Position numbers and translations under genes: made by a program
Part shown: one piece after another, positions 1 to 9,755 of the stretch
Position numbering within the stretch: position 1 is the first letter of the stretch
How the letters are laid out: every line of letters begins with the position of its first letter
The notes under the pieces: model-generated
What the model was told of the DNA's origin: nothing
Seen by the model: the letters and a program-made list of their open reading frames with translations, nothing else
Database searches by the model: none
IMG/VR virus record: IMGVR_UViG_3300045988_073070
Reading direction: 5' to 3' (one strand)
DNA: 64,000 nucleotides
From: a virus

Positions 1-45
1 GGTATAATAAATTGTTACAAGACCTTTACAAATTAGGAGAAAGCG

Positions 46-396
46 ATGGAGAATCAAAAGAAACCACAAACGCTGACGAAGAGAGTAAATGACTTCATAG
101 TTGAGTGGTCAAGATTCACCGTTGACCTCTGGTGGCGAAGGCGTTACAACATTCCTTTTGGTTCTCCTGCCCATAGAGCTATGAACTTCATAGACATGGC
201 GATTGAGTACCAAGAGGCATTGTTGTGGAATAAAGCTATTAATCAACCATACGAGGAAGTTGTTGATGAAGAACAAGAAGCATACATTGATAAACAACTC
301 AAGGATTCCGAAGAAAAGACCGTAAAAATGACCCAAGAGGAAATTGACGAAGATTACGAAAACTTAGATTTGGATGAATTTGATAACAAAGAATAA
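46..396 (+). CDS. hypothetical protein; possible tail assembly chaperone, judged only by its position just upstream of the tape measure
   Basis: 116-aa ORF with an acidic C-terminus. It ends 5 nt before the tape-measure start. No recognisable motif. Confidence 0.3.
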   Translation: MENQKKPQTLTKRVNDFIVEWSRFTVDLWWRRRYNIPFGSPAHRAMNFIDMAIEYQEALLWNKAINQPYEEVVDEEQEAYIDKQLKDSEEKTVKMTQEEIDEDYENLDLDEFDNKE

Positions 397-401
397 GTAA
401 T

Positions 402-2411
402 ATGGATGTAACTGTTAATATTCGTGGTAATGCTCAGGGATTGAGAGATGAGCTGGACAATGTAACTCCTGACCAAACAGCTCCCACTCCAACACCTGGC
501 AGAGCACCCGATGATTCCAGACCGCCAACACTTCCACCGAGCGACCGACTTATTGACGACCTTCGGAGAGCCGTCATGCAGCAAGGTGCTGTAATGGTGC
601 CAGGTTCAGCAAACTATCGTCAAATATTGGGACAAGTAGGGCAGAATCAACGTACTACCATGGAAGATGATATTTCGTCAAGATACGGAGCAAGGAGAGC
701 CGATGTCCAATCAAGAATGTCCGCTGAATATGAAAAGATAGACAAAGAAATTGAAGCGAGACGACAAGAAGGTTTGAGGAATCTTGGGCCAAATGCTAAT
801 GACCCATTCTACCAAGCTATGCTCAATCAGCAATTGGAGAGTGAACGTGATAGACGTTATCGGAGAGCTGGAACAATGTTCGATTCTGAAATGGAAGAAA
901 TCGACAATCAAGAAGCCCAAGAACGTATTGATGCCGAAAAAGAATTGACTGAAGCTATCCGAAGGCTTACAGGAGAAATGGAGCAACGGGATAAGGAAAG
1001 TGAAACAGGCGGTGACCCAAATTCCTATATCAATAAGCTCCGTGAGCAAAGACGGCAATTGTTGATTGACCGTGATAATGCTCCTGATGAAGAATCGGCA
1101 ATGGCGGCTCAAGGACGTTTGAATGCCGTAGATGACCAGTTGCGTAGAGTGATGAACGGTGGTGGAGCAAAGCAGGGATTCGGAGCGAAGATGCCAGGAT
1201 TGGTAATGGGAGCGATTGGCGTTGGTTCTTCTTTAAGCGAAGGAGACTTGGGCGGTGCTATGATGAGTGGCGGCTCTATGGGTTTAATGATGGGTGCGAA
1301 TCCGTATGTAATGGCTGCTATTATTGCAGGCGGTGGACTTTGGAAAGGAGCTACGGGAATATCAAGAGGGTATGACGACTTGGGACAAATTGCTGCTTAT
1401 CGAGCTACTGCTGGCGGTATGAGGGGTGAAGCTGGTATGGGATATTTGGCTCAAAATATAGGCAGTCAAACAGCCAACGGATTACAGCCAGCCGACCTCA
1501 ATTTATCTATGGATGAGTTTTACGAACAAGCATCCAAACGAATAAAAGCGAGAGGAACATCAGACGATTGGTACAGGGAAACTATGTCTCAATTAAGTTT
1601 GGAACGTACATTAGCACTTGACCAAGGTAGTCTGGAACGTGGTTCTCAATATGACCGTTACGGAACGAATGTGACGGATGCTATAAGCCGTTTGGTAACT
1701 GTACTTCAAGGAATAGAAGGTTCAGGAGTATCAAGCGGAGACTTTACAAGGGTACAAGAGAAGTTTGATATACAACAGCAGTTGATGGCTTCTTATATGG
1801 GACGTACCGACCGACCTGATTACACTTGGGCAAACAATACTCTTGCTGCTTTCTCTGCTACGGGAGTTCAACAAGATTCCCGAATGGGAACGGATATTGC
1901 ATCATTCCAGAATATGATTCAGAATCCGATGAACGAACGTATGAGAGCGTTGATATATGGAACGGTTGCAGACCTTATGCCCGAAACTGGCGGACGTATG
2001 GACTTAATTGACCGAGCTATCCGAGACCCAGAGAACGAAGGTAAAATCATGCAAGCAGTCGTACAACGTATTCAACAACAGTTTGGCGGTACTGATACGA
2101 CAATGGGATATTTCGCATTCAAGTCCTTACTTCCGAATATAGCACCTGACCGATTGGATGAATACATAGAACAATTTACAGGCGGTAACTATGCAGGTGG
2201 ATTGTTGAAGAGTATGGCTGGTTTTGGAAACCAAGGTAGGCTTGATGAAATTGGTACAAATAATAAATCCGCTTGGTCATCAGAAGCAGCTGAATTAACG
2301 AGTGCTATGACAAAGGGAATAACCGATATATTGAACACTTTGAAAAATACAGGTGTTAAGGTATTCTTTGGAAGTGGAGTAACTCCCAATTCAACTAAAC
2401 AAGGACAATAA
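402..2411 (+). CDS. tail tape measure protein
   Basis: 669 aa. Charged E/R/Q-rich N-terminal half, central Gly/Met/Ala hydrophobic block 'GLVMGAIGVGSS..GGSMGLMMGANPYVMAAIIAGGGLW', TAATG junction to downstream tail genes. Confidence 0.6.
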   Translation: MDVTVNIRGNAQGLRDELDNVTPDQTAPTPTPGRAPDDSRPPTLPPSDRLIDDLRRAVMQQGAVMVPGSANYRQILGQVGQNQRTTMEDDISSRYGARRADVQSRMSAEYEKIDKEIEARRQEGLRNLGPNANDPFYQAMLNQQLESERDRRYRRAGTMFDSEMEEIDNQEAQERIDAEKELTEAIRRLTGEMEQRDKESETGGDPNSYINKLREQRRQLLIDRDNAPDEESAMAAQGRLNAVDDQLRRVMNGGGAKQGFGAKMPGLVMGAIGVGSSLSEGDLGGAMMSGGSMGLMMGANPYVMAAIIAGGGLWKGATGISRGYDDLGQIAAYRATAGGMRGEAGMGYLAQNIGSQTANGLQPADLNLSMDEFYEQASKRIKARGTSDDWYRETMSQLSLERTLALDQGSLERGSQYDRYGTNVTDAISRLVTVLQGIEGSGVSSGDFTRVQEKFDIQQQLMASYMGRTDRPDYTWANNTLAAFSATGVQQDSRMGTDIASFQNMIQNPMNERMRALIYGTVADLMPETGGRMDLIDRAIRDPENEGKIMQAVVQRIQQQFGGTDTTMGYFAFKSLLPNIAPDRLDEYIEQFTGGNYAGGLLKSMAGFGNQGRLDEIGTNNKSAWSSEAAELTSAMTKGITDILNTLKNTGVKVFFGSGVTPNSTKQGQ

Positions 2412-3724
2412 TGGCAGAAAAAGATAACAATAATTTCATTTGGCTTTATCACCGCTATCGTTCCGTAAAGACCGTTGAGGACTTCATGGAACGTGAGCAT
2501 ATTTACAATATAGAGCTGAAAGACTTCTTTGAGTTGAATCGGGAATTGATTTGGCAACAATATACCGATTACGATAAAACCATTGAAAAAGCAGGAACTG
2601 GTAAGTGGCCAGAGTCAGCGTCAGACCTTACTGAGAACTCATGGTTGCCCTGCCCTTGTAACCTCAAAATACAAGCAACGAAAGTTACGGCTGAGTTAGC
2701 CATCAGTCAGACCAACTTCCAGTCAGAAACAGGCGATTTTTATGCCTTTGCATCTGATGAGATAGCAAACATAATTCAAGACGGGGGTTATCAGATAGCC
2801 GAAGCCGTGAAGAGGAATCCCGTTGCGAGAGTTTATGGTTGGTTTAAGTCAATGTATTTCGTACATTCATTGAAGAATGAGGGTTTGGCTTATACTTTGA
2901 ATGACGATTTTTTTGATATATCTCAATTCATTGTAAACTTATCAACGCTTCAAGCGAAAGATGGTGGAAGTTTCTCTATGCGTTTACCTATTGTAAATAT
3001 ATTCAAATACGCTAATGGAGTTGGTGTAAATGATAATGATGTTGTTTATAGTGGGACGCCATACGCAGATTTGAAAAAAGATGGAAATAGTTATCGGAAT
3101 TTGTACATGAAAGACGAGGAATTTTATTCCAAGAATATGTACGGAGAACTTGAATCAAACTATTTCAATTGGCTAATCAGTTCAAACGACCTTCTGTTCA
3201 TATCCTTTGAGCAATTGGAAATGGAAGAGGATTCCGACAAGGATGAAATGAGAACGAAAATAGCGAACGGAGTTTTTGATATGATAGCTTTGGTAGATGA
3301 CGTTAAGGTTGTAGCTGATTCTGCGGGTTCAAATGGATATGTAGAAGTAACGGGAAGGGATTTGATGAAACTTCTTATTGAGGATGGCTCTTTCTTTTTT
3401 AATCCTTCAACGACTTCTGACCCAAGCAATATATTCATGAATGAACAAAGCTATGGTAAGCAAGGAGACATACGAGAAGCCGACCAGATAAATAATACCT
3501 ACAATAATCCAATAAACCGACTTCGGAGAGTAACGGGAGAAATTGATATATTTGCCAATAGAATCAATATGGATTTGAGCTATATATTGAAGGGCGTTAT
3601 TTCTCAATTGTCGAATGTTGAGGTTGTGCCTGGATTTGTATTCGATGCTTGGGGCGAAAAAAGAACAACCTATTTGGAATTACAACCATTAAGAAAAGAG
3701 GAAACAACGAATGGCAACAATTAA
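2411..3724 (+). CDS. tail structural protein (distal-tail/hub-like by synteny)
   Basis: 437-aa ORF between the tape measure and the tail lysin. No catalytic motif recognised. Confidence 0.35.
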   Translation: MAEKDNNNFIWLYHRYRSVKTVEDFMEREHIYNIELKDFFELNRELIWQQYTDYDKTIEKAGTGKWPESASDLTENSWLPCPCNLKIQATKVTAELAISQTNFQSETGDFYAFASDEIANIIQDGGYQIAEAVKRNPVARVYGWFKSMYFVHSLKNEGLAYTLNDDFFDISQFIVNLSTLQAKDGGSFSMRLPIVNIFKYANGVGVNDNDVVYSGTPYADLKKDGNSYRNLYMKDEEFYSKNMYGELESNYFNWLISSNDLLFISFEQLEMEEDSDKDEMRTKIANGVFDMIALVDDVKVVADSAGSNGYVEVTGRDLMKLLIEDGSFFFNPSTTSDPSNIFMNEQSYGKQGDIREADQINNTYNNPINRLRRVTGEIDIFANRINMDLSYILKGVISQLSNVEVVPGFVFDAWGEKRTTYLELQPLRKEETTNGNN

Positions 3725-5303
3725 AACTTTCATGAAAGGCTTTTTGGTAGGTCAATCGCAACTTAATGTTACAAGCGACTTCGGCAAAAGACATATGAAT
3801 GGTAAGATAAGAAACCATAACGGGATTGACTTTGGCGTTCCCGTAGGTACTGTTTTGAAAGCTCCTTTGGCTGGTACGGTTATAAAGAAAACTGTTCAAA
3901 AGAACGGAGCTGGATTGTACGTTGCTATAAGATACATTGCTGATATGGGTATGTATTTTGATATATACTTTATGCACATGCATACTGTTGAATCAAGCAT
4001 ATCCGTTGGCGTATCAGTAGCCGAAGGTCAAACGATAGGAACGACTGGCGGAGCGAAGGGAGACCCAAACGCAGGGCATTCAACTGGCCCACATTTACAT
4101 CTTGAAGTTCGTAGAAGTGGAACTGTACCTGTTGACCCAAAGTATTGGTTTTTAGCAAAGGAAAGACTTTATTCAGTTAAGTACAAAAAGATATTGAACT
4201 ATGGAGACCCAACTTGGTTATCATTTACGGATGCTTCTTTGAAATCTCAAACAGCTTATAAGTATTCAGCCCAAGCCGATATGACAATGGCTGATGCTAC
4301 TGAATATGTTCCGATAAAAAAGAAATCTCAACCCAATACCGAAGCGAAAGAGAGACTTGCCCCAGGCATTTGGCAGATAACTAAACTTTTGGTTGATAGC
4401 TCCGTTGCTGATAAGCAAGTTTTTGATTCGGGAATATCTACTCAAATGGGAAGTATATTGAATTTCTTCCATAAGGTTTGTCAAGAGCCTTTGGTTGAAA
4501 TGATGGGAGACACGTTTGGTAGTCAATATTATTGGATAGTTCGCAGACCGCCTTTTGATAAAGAGAATCTGACGAAGCTGATAGAAAGTGCGAACTTTGT
4601 ACTGAACGGAGATGATATCATAAATACCAATTTATCTTGGAACAACCAAGAGATATTTTCATGGTATCGTTATGTGCCGTATGGCGACCTTTTGGGAATA
4701 CCCGAAGCTCAATTGTTCATGCCTGCGGTGTTCTTCCCAGAATTTGCTGCGGTATGGGGAAGCCGACCGCTTGCTGTAGAATCTAACTATTACAATTGGG
4801 CTCAATCAGGACGTTGGAATAATGATAAGACCGAGCAAAAGAATAACGGAGACAGAATCATTCGCAATGCAGTACGTGATTTCAAATACCTTATTGAAAG
4901 CAATGCTTACAATGCATTCACCCGAAGGGGCACAATAACACTCATGGGCGACCGAAGAATCAAACGGGGAACGTTGGTGACTCATACTTCTGGTGAGATA
5001 TTCTATGTGGATTCGGTTCAAAATGAATATTCTGTTTTCGATAAGCAAATAACGAGAACAACAACGCTTACCGTCTCCAGAGGAATGTATCCAAAATTTA
5101 TTGATGGTTTTGAGATTAATAACAAAAAGTATAGTTATTTCAACATCATAGACTTTGGTGAATTAGACATTGAACAGATAACTTCGGAGAATTGGAAAAA
5201 GCAAATTTCAAAATGGAAAGTTGATATTGATAACTTCGGATTCTTTATGTCCAAGCAACAACTGTTTTGGAGTAACATTTGGTTAAATAGAAAAAAGCAA
5301 TAA
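3711..5303 (+). CDS. tail-associated peptidoglycan hydrolase with N-terminal M23/LytM peptidase domain
   Basis: Motifs 'HNGIDFGVPVGTVLKAPLAGTV' and 'GPHLHLEV', followed by about 400 aa of structural-looking sequence. Lies inside the tail module. Confidence 0.8.
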   Translation: MATIKTFMKGFLVGQSQLNVTSDFGKRHMNGKIRNHNGIDFGVPVGTVLKAPLAGTVIKKTVQKNGAGLYVAIRYIADMGMYFDIYFMHMHTVESSISVGVSVAEGQTIGTTGGAKGDPNAGHSTGPHLHLEVRRSGTVPVDPKYWFLAKERLYSVKYKKILNYGDPTWLSFTDASLKSQTAYKYSAQADMTMADATEYVPIKKKSQPNTEAKERLAPGIWQITKLLVDSSVADKQVFDSGISTQMGSILNFFHKVCQEPLVEMMGDTFGSQYYWIVRRPPFDKENLTKLIESANFVLNGDDIINTNLSWNNQEIFSWYRYVPYGDLLGIPEAQLFMPAVFFPEFAAVWGSRPLAVESNYYNWAQSGRWNNDKTEQKNNGDRIIRNAVRDFKYLIESNAYNAFTRRGTITLMGDRRIKRGTLVTHTSGEIFYVDSVQNEYSVFDKQITRTTTLTVSRGMYPKFIDGFEINNKKYSYFNIIDFGELDIEQITSENWKKQISKWKVDIDNFGFFMSKQQLFWSNIWLNRKKQ

Positions 5304-5304
5304 T

Positions 5305-6279
5305 ATGAATACCATTGGACTTGTAAAGGTTGAGACGGGAGTAGGTTCAGGCGGTGTAGGCTTTTTAGTCGTACCAGATGAAATTGACCGTGTGCAATAT
5401 ATAGAAGATTGCTACCGCACTCAAACCGTTTCGATGAACGGTGGTGAGGGTTACGGTTATTACAATTCAGTACGATGCCCGCAAAACATTCTTGAAAATC
5501 TTCAATTCCCTACGGAAACGAGCCGTGGGACACCTGTCGTTTGGGTCAAGGACGGTATGAGTCATTTGCCCGTTATCGTTGGTTGGCTACGTCCAGAAGG
5601 AGACTTTTATGCGTTGGGAGAAAATCAATGGAGAGTTTCAAGAGGTAACGACAAGCGGAATGTTGAGCTATTTGTTGATGGTAATGTAGCTGCTCTTCAA
5701 ATCAGCGTCATGGGCGATAGTGAAGAGCCTGCCAACGTTGATATAAAATTGACGAGCCAAAATCAAGATTCCGTATTTAATCTTTCTTCGGATAATGAAA
5801 TAAATCTTAATGCAGCCAAAAAGGCTACCATTTCAGGAGACAATGAGTTGGACTTCAATATCAAGGAAAAGGGAGAAGTCAAGGGTCAAATAAGATACTT
5901 GATTGGGGAAGGACTTTCAATCATATCCGAGAAGAACGTTTCATGGACTATCCGAGATGATGAGGATAAGGAATTGACTACAATGACGTACAAGGCTGGT
6001 ACGGGCTTTGTATATAAAGACGAATTTGGAAATGAGATAAAGTGTTCTGACGGACTGGTAGAATTGATTAGCAAGCAAATAAACCACAATAGCGGAAAAG
6101 AGCCGATGGTTTTGGGAGATACGCTTGAAAAGATATTGAATGACCTTTTAACGGCAATACAAAAATTAACCGTTATTTCTCCTGTGGGAGCTACATCACC
6201 GCCAGTTAATATAGCCGACTTTGCTGAAATACAAGCGAGGTTGGATACAATCAAAAGTAAAAAATCTAATTTGGAATAA
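5305..6279 (+). CDS. baseplate hub/central spike-like protein (by synteny)
   Basis: 324-aa ORF following the lysin and preceding the baseplate J-like gene. No motif-level support. Confidence 0.3.
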   Translation: MNTIGLVKVETGVGSGGVGFLVVPDEIDRVQYIEDCYRTQTVSMNGGEGYGYYNSVRCPQNILENLQFPTETSRGTPVVWVKDGMSHLPVIVGWLRPEGDFYALGENQWRVSRGNDKRNVELFVDGNVAALQISVMGDSEEPANVDIKLTSQNQDSVFNLSSDNEINLNAAKKATISGDNELDFNIKEKGEVKGQIRYLIGEGLSIISEKNVSWTIRDDEDKELTTMTYKAGTGFVYKDEFGNEIKCSDGLVELISKQINHNSGKEPMVLGDTLEKILNDLLTAIQKLTVISPVGATSPPVNIADFAEIQARLDTIKSKKSNLE

Positions 6280-6281
6280 TT

Positions 6282-6548
6282 ATGCCATTAGCAACAGAAG
6301 TATTGAGAACAACTCTCAAAGCAAAAATCAAGGAAGCTCTTGACCAACCGATTGATGAAAAATCGGATTCCGAAGCGGTAAAGAATAGATTTGCCGAAAA
6401 CATATCAAACGCAATAGCCGATGGCGTTGACGCTTGGATTAAGACAGCGACCGTTACAGTGGCTCAAGGAATACCAGTGGCAACAGCAGGAAGTCCTACG
6501 GCACAGACAGGTGCAACAACAGCTCCTGGCACTGGAACAATCTCTTAA
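6282..6548 (+). CDS. small tail/baseplate-module protein
   Basis: 88-aa ORF with a Thr/Ala/Gly-rich C-terminus. Tightly packed within the module. Confidence 0.3.
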   Translation: MPLATEVLRTTLKAKIKEALDQPIDEKSDSEAVKNRFAENISNAIADGVDAWIKTATVTVAQGIPVATAGSPTAQTGATTAPGTGTIS

Positions 6549-6576
6549 CAGTTATTAAGTTGTAAAATTAAACAGT

Positions 6577-7329
6577 ATGGGAGTTTTAGGAAATTCAGTA
6601 AACGAAGTATTGGAACAATCGAGGTCATTAGTGATGACGGTTGGGAAGGCTGCTTTACACTCTATAGCTCCAGACAACTTTGAATATTATCTTTGTTCTT
6701 TGGAACTTATTGATAGTGCTGGAAATACAAAGGGTTTTTTGTCTTTCGTTGTTATGCCAAATAACTATATGGAGACGAGAACAACGGTTGGTTCGGTTAC
6801 TAAAACCCAAAGTGGTGTAACTACATTATATAACAGCACATTCGCTCCGAGAGATATTTCAATTCAAGGAACGTTTGGACGAAAATTGAGACTTTTGCTT
6901 GGCTTAAAAGAGGTTGAGGATAAGAATGATAAAAGTATTCCATTTTTCAATGGTCAATTCGGCAAAGTATTAGGTCAGGAAGTTCTGGTGAAGACGGGAT
7001 ATGGTTTGACGAAGATGCTACAAAAGATGGTTGAAACTACTTATAAGACCGATGAGCAAGGTGGTTCACATATACTTCTTTTTAGCAATTATTCTTTGAA
7101 TACCAATTACGTTGTAGAAGTTTTGCAGGATTCTTACAGTCAAAGTATAGATAACAATATGCTTTGGTTTTATTCTTTGGAAATGAAAGCCGTTGCACCT
7201 CAATCAGCCGTACAACGTGGAGAGAATTTTAGCAAGACCGCTCAACTAATAACAACCGTTGCAGCAGGAGCGATAGCGAAGGGAATTGGTAATATATTGA
7301 ACTCCGTAACAAGAGCGATAAATTTGTGA
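6577..7329 (+). CDS. baseplate-module protein
   Basis: 250-aa ORF; call rests on synteny only. Confidence 0.3.
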   Translation: MGVLGNSVNEVLEQSRSLVMTVGKAALHSIAPDNFEYYLCSLELIDSAGNTKGFLSFVVMPNNYMETRTTVGSVTKTQSGVTTLYNSTFAPRDISIQGTFGRKLRLLLGLKEVEDKNDKSIPFFNGQFGKVLGQEVLVKTGYGLTKMLQKMVETTYKTDEQGGSHILLFSNYSLNTNYVVEVLQDSYSQSIDNNMLWFYSLEMKAVAPQSAVQRGENFSKTAQLITTVAAGAIAKGIGNILNSVTRAINL

Positions 7330-7330
7330 T

Positions 7331-8251
7331 ATGGAAAGTATTGTAATAGAATTTCAAAAAGTAACGAAATATCCGTTGGTTGAGTTTCTGACTCAATACA
7401 GGAATTTTATGCTCAATTCCTATCCAGAGATTGACCGCTATTTTTCGGGAGAAACTGCGTCAATAGATAACGCTCATTTGATTGCTCTGAAGAACTTGAC
7501 TAATGAGTGTGGTAATTGTATGTCGCAATTCAAAAACTTTGCTAATAAGTTCGACAAGTGCGGTTATTGGGAATTGATGGAATATATAGGAAATTTGGAA
7601 GATACGATTGATAAAATCAACAAACTTCCGAAGTTCCGCAGAACGTCTTTGACCAAGCGAGGTTATCAACCAGTAGTTCAAGTAGCAACGGATGTTGGCG
7701 GATTCCGTACTATGGAAGATGTTGCGAATATTGTTCAAAATCTAAACCAAGATAATTTCAATTGGGTTGATTTGATGTTAAGCAATGACTTAAACGAGGT
7801 AGATTGGGAGATTGATAAACTCACTCCGTTGAACGTATTGATAAATAATACGGTTGATGTAGTAGTTACAACGATTCTTGACCAACCTATCGGAAAGCGT
7901 ATCTATGGGAAGGATATAAACAGAAAGATTACTTTTGTAGATAACGACTTGGATATAAAGATTTGGCAAGATAATATTGAACAAAAGTGCGATATATTGT
8001 TAAGTCTGAAACGTGGCGATGTTCCCGAAAATATGTTATTTGGTCAAAACACTGAATTGACTATCGGAGTAACGTCAAAAAGTTTCTCCTATCCAGAGTT
8101 GGTTAAAAATCTACAAAACACGTTCTTACAAAACGACTTGTTCCAATATGTAGAAATAACCAAGTTTCAATATGAGAACGGCTCTATGTTTATGTATTGC
8201 GAGATTAAGACAAAATATGATTATAAAACCGAAAGAAAGATTGTAGTATGA
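7331..8251 (+). CDS. baseplate-module protein
   Basis: 306-aa ORF with an ATGA overlap to the downstream baseplate J-like gene. Confidence 0.3.
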   Translation: MESIVIEFQKVTKYPLVEFLTQYRNFMLNSYPEIDRYFSGETASIDNAHLIALKNLTNECGNCMSQFKNFANKFDKCGYWELMEYIGNLEDTIDKINKLPKFRRTSLTKRGYQPVVQVATDVGGFRTMEDVANIVQNLNQDNFNWVDLMLSNDLNEVDWEIDKLTPLNVLINNTVDVVVTTILDQPIGKRIYGKDINRKITFVDNDLDIKIWQDNIEQKCDILLSLKRGDVPENMLFGQNTELTIGVTSKSFSYPELVKNLQNTFLQNDLFQYVEITKFQYENGSMFMYCEIKTKYDYKTERKIVV

Positions 8252-9444
8252 TTACAAAAATAATTCCTGTAAATGAGCTCAAGCAGATGTTCCTTGAAAT
8301 CTTTCTTAACAAGACGGATAAGGTCAACGATGTTTCTCAAGAATCTGTATTGAATGGCTTTGCCTTCGGATGCGCCAAAGTGGGTCAGAAGTGTTTGGTC
8401 AATCAAGCGATTGTTGAGGGGCATATTTTTCCTGATACGGCTTATGGAAAGTATTTGGATGACCTTGCTAAAATTCGTGGCGTAGCTCCGAGATTTGGCG
8501 CACAAGGCTCTTCCACTTATTTGAGATTGGTAGGAGATGAAGGAACGACCTATTTGGCTGATGTGACTACCTTTACAAGTTCTTCGGGCGTTAATTTCTC
8601 TTTGGAAAATGACGTTGTGATAGGTGTGAATGGTTTTGCTTATGCAAAAGTCAAAAGCGATTCCGAAGGAGCTTCAACGAACGTTGACCCATTGTCTATA
8701 AATAAGCTCACCCCAGTTCCTTCTGGACATATAGCTTGTACAAATGAATACCGAGCTACGGGTGGACGAGACGATGAGGATGACGATTTGTTCCGAATAA
8801 GAATCAAAGAAAGCGTAAACCAATTGGCGAGAAATACACTGTCTTATTTGGAGCAAGTGTTTATGAAAATAAACAATAATGTTTTGAAAGTTCATAAGGG
8901 CGGTGTTGATAGCGATGGAAGATTCAACTTGATTGTGGTATCGGTAAATGGACAAGACTTCACGGATGAAGAATTTAACCAGATATTGAGCCAAAGCGAG
9001 GAATTTTTGACGTTATCGGAGTTATTGAGCACATCAACTGGATATTCCTTGAAACTCAATAATGTTAATTGGTTACCTGTTGACGTGGAGTTCCGAGTGG
9101 ATATTGACCCAGCCTATGACCAAGATAAAGTAAGAAGGGAAATCCAAATTCAGATGGGCAAGATGTTTGACTATCGTTTCTGGAAGTACGGGGATAAAGT
9201 TGAATGGGAAAACCTTTTATATGCCGCCAAGAACGTTGATGGAGTGCGATATGTGCCCGATACGCATTTTTCACCTCATGCTGATATAAACGTTCCCGAA
9301 TATCGACTACCACGCATAAGAGGGTTTGTAATGCGTGACCTTGATGGGAATATCATAGAAGATAATGGCGGTGTATTGAGTGAGTTCTTCTATCCCAACG
9401 AAATTGATTATTCATTCCAAGCATCTGTATTAACGACAATATGA
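8248..9444 (+). CDS. baseplate J-like (gpJ/Mu gp47/T4 gp6-like) wedge protein
   Basis: 'ATGGRDDEDDDLFRIRIKES' matches the family signature as I remember it, GGxDxE(s)DdxLRxRi. The size and position also fit. Confidence 0.6.
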   Translation: MITKIIPVNELKQMFLEIFLNKTDKVNDVSQESVLNGFAFGCAKVGQKCLVNQAIVEGHIFPDTAYGKYLDDLAKIRGVAPRFGAQGSSTYLRLVGDEGTTYLADVTTFTSSSGVNFSLENDVVIGVNGFAYAKVKSDSEGASTNVDPLSINKLTPVPSGHIACTNEYRATGGRDDEDDDLFRIRIKESVNQLARNTLSYLEQVFMKINNNVLKVHKGGVDSDGRFNLIVVSVNGQDFTDEEFNQILSQSEEFLTLSELLSTSTGYSLKLNNVNWLPVDVEFRVDIDPAYDQDKVRREIQIQMGKMFDYRFWKYGDKVEWENLLYAAKNVDGVRYVPDTHFSPHADINVPEYRLPRIRGFVMRDLDGNIIEDNGGVLSEFFYPNEIDYSFQASVLTTI

Positions 9445-9755
9445 CAACCGAAGTACCAACAAGAACAATAACCGAGATGAAGGATGGAGAAGGCGTGAAC
9501 TTATCTATCCTTTGCGTTCCTTCAATACAGGATGATGGTTCGGAAAATCCGACAATTTATTCATCCAAAGTATTGGAAGAGCCTTTGACCGTTGATACAG
9601 TTGATGGAATAGAAGGTGAGTTGATAATTTCTTCCGAAGAAACAAATGCAGGAAGTCTCAACAACGCTGGCGACTTTATAGTCAATACCGAGATTGATGA
9701 CGCTGATAAGTATTCGGTTGACCAAACAGAGGGGGATTTGCTATATGAAGAATAA
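9441..9755 (+). CDS. small acidic tail-module protein
   Basis: 104-aa ORF with an ATGA overlap to the upstream gene. Confidence 0.3.
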   Translation: MTTEVPTRTITEMKDGEGVNLSILCVPSIQDDGSENPTIYSSKVLEEPLTVDTVDGIEGELIISSEETNAGSLNNAGDFIVNTEIDDADKYSVDQTEGDLLYEE

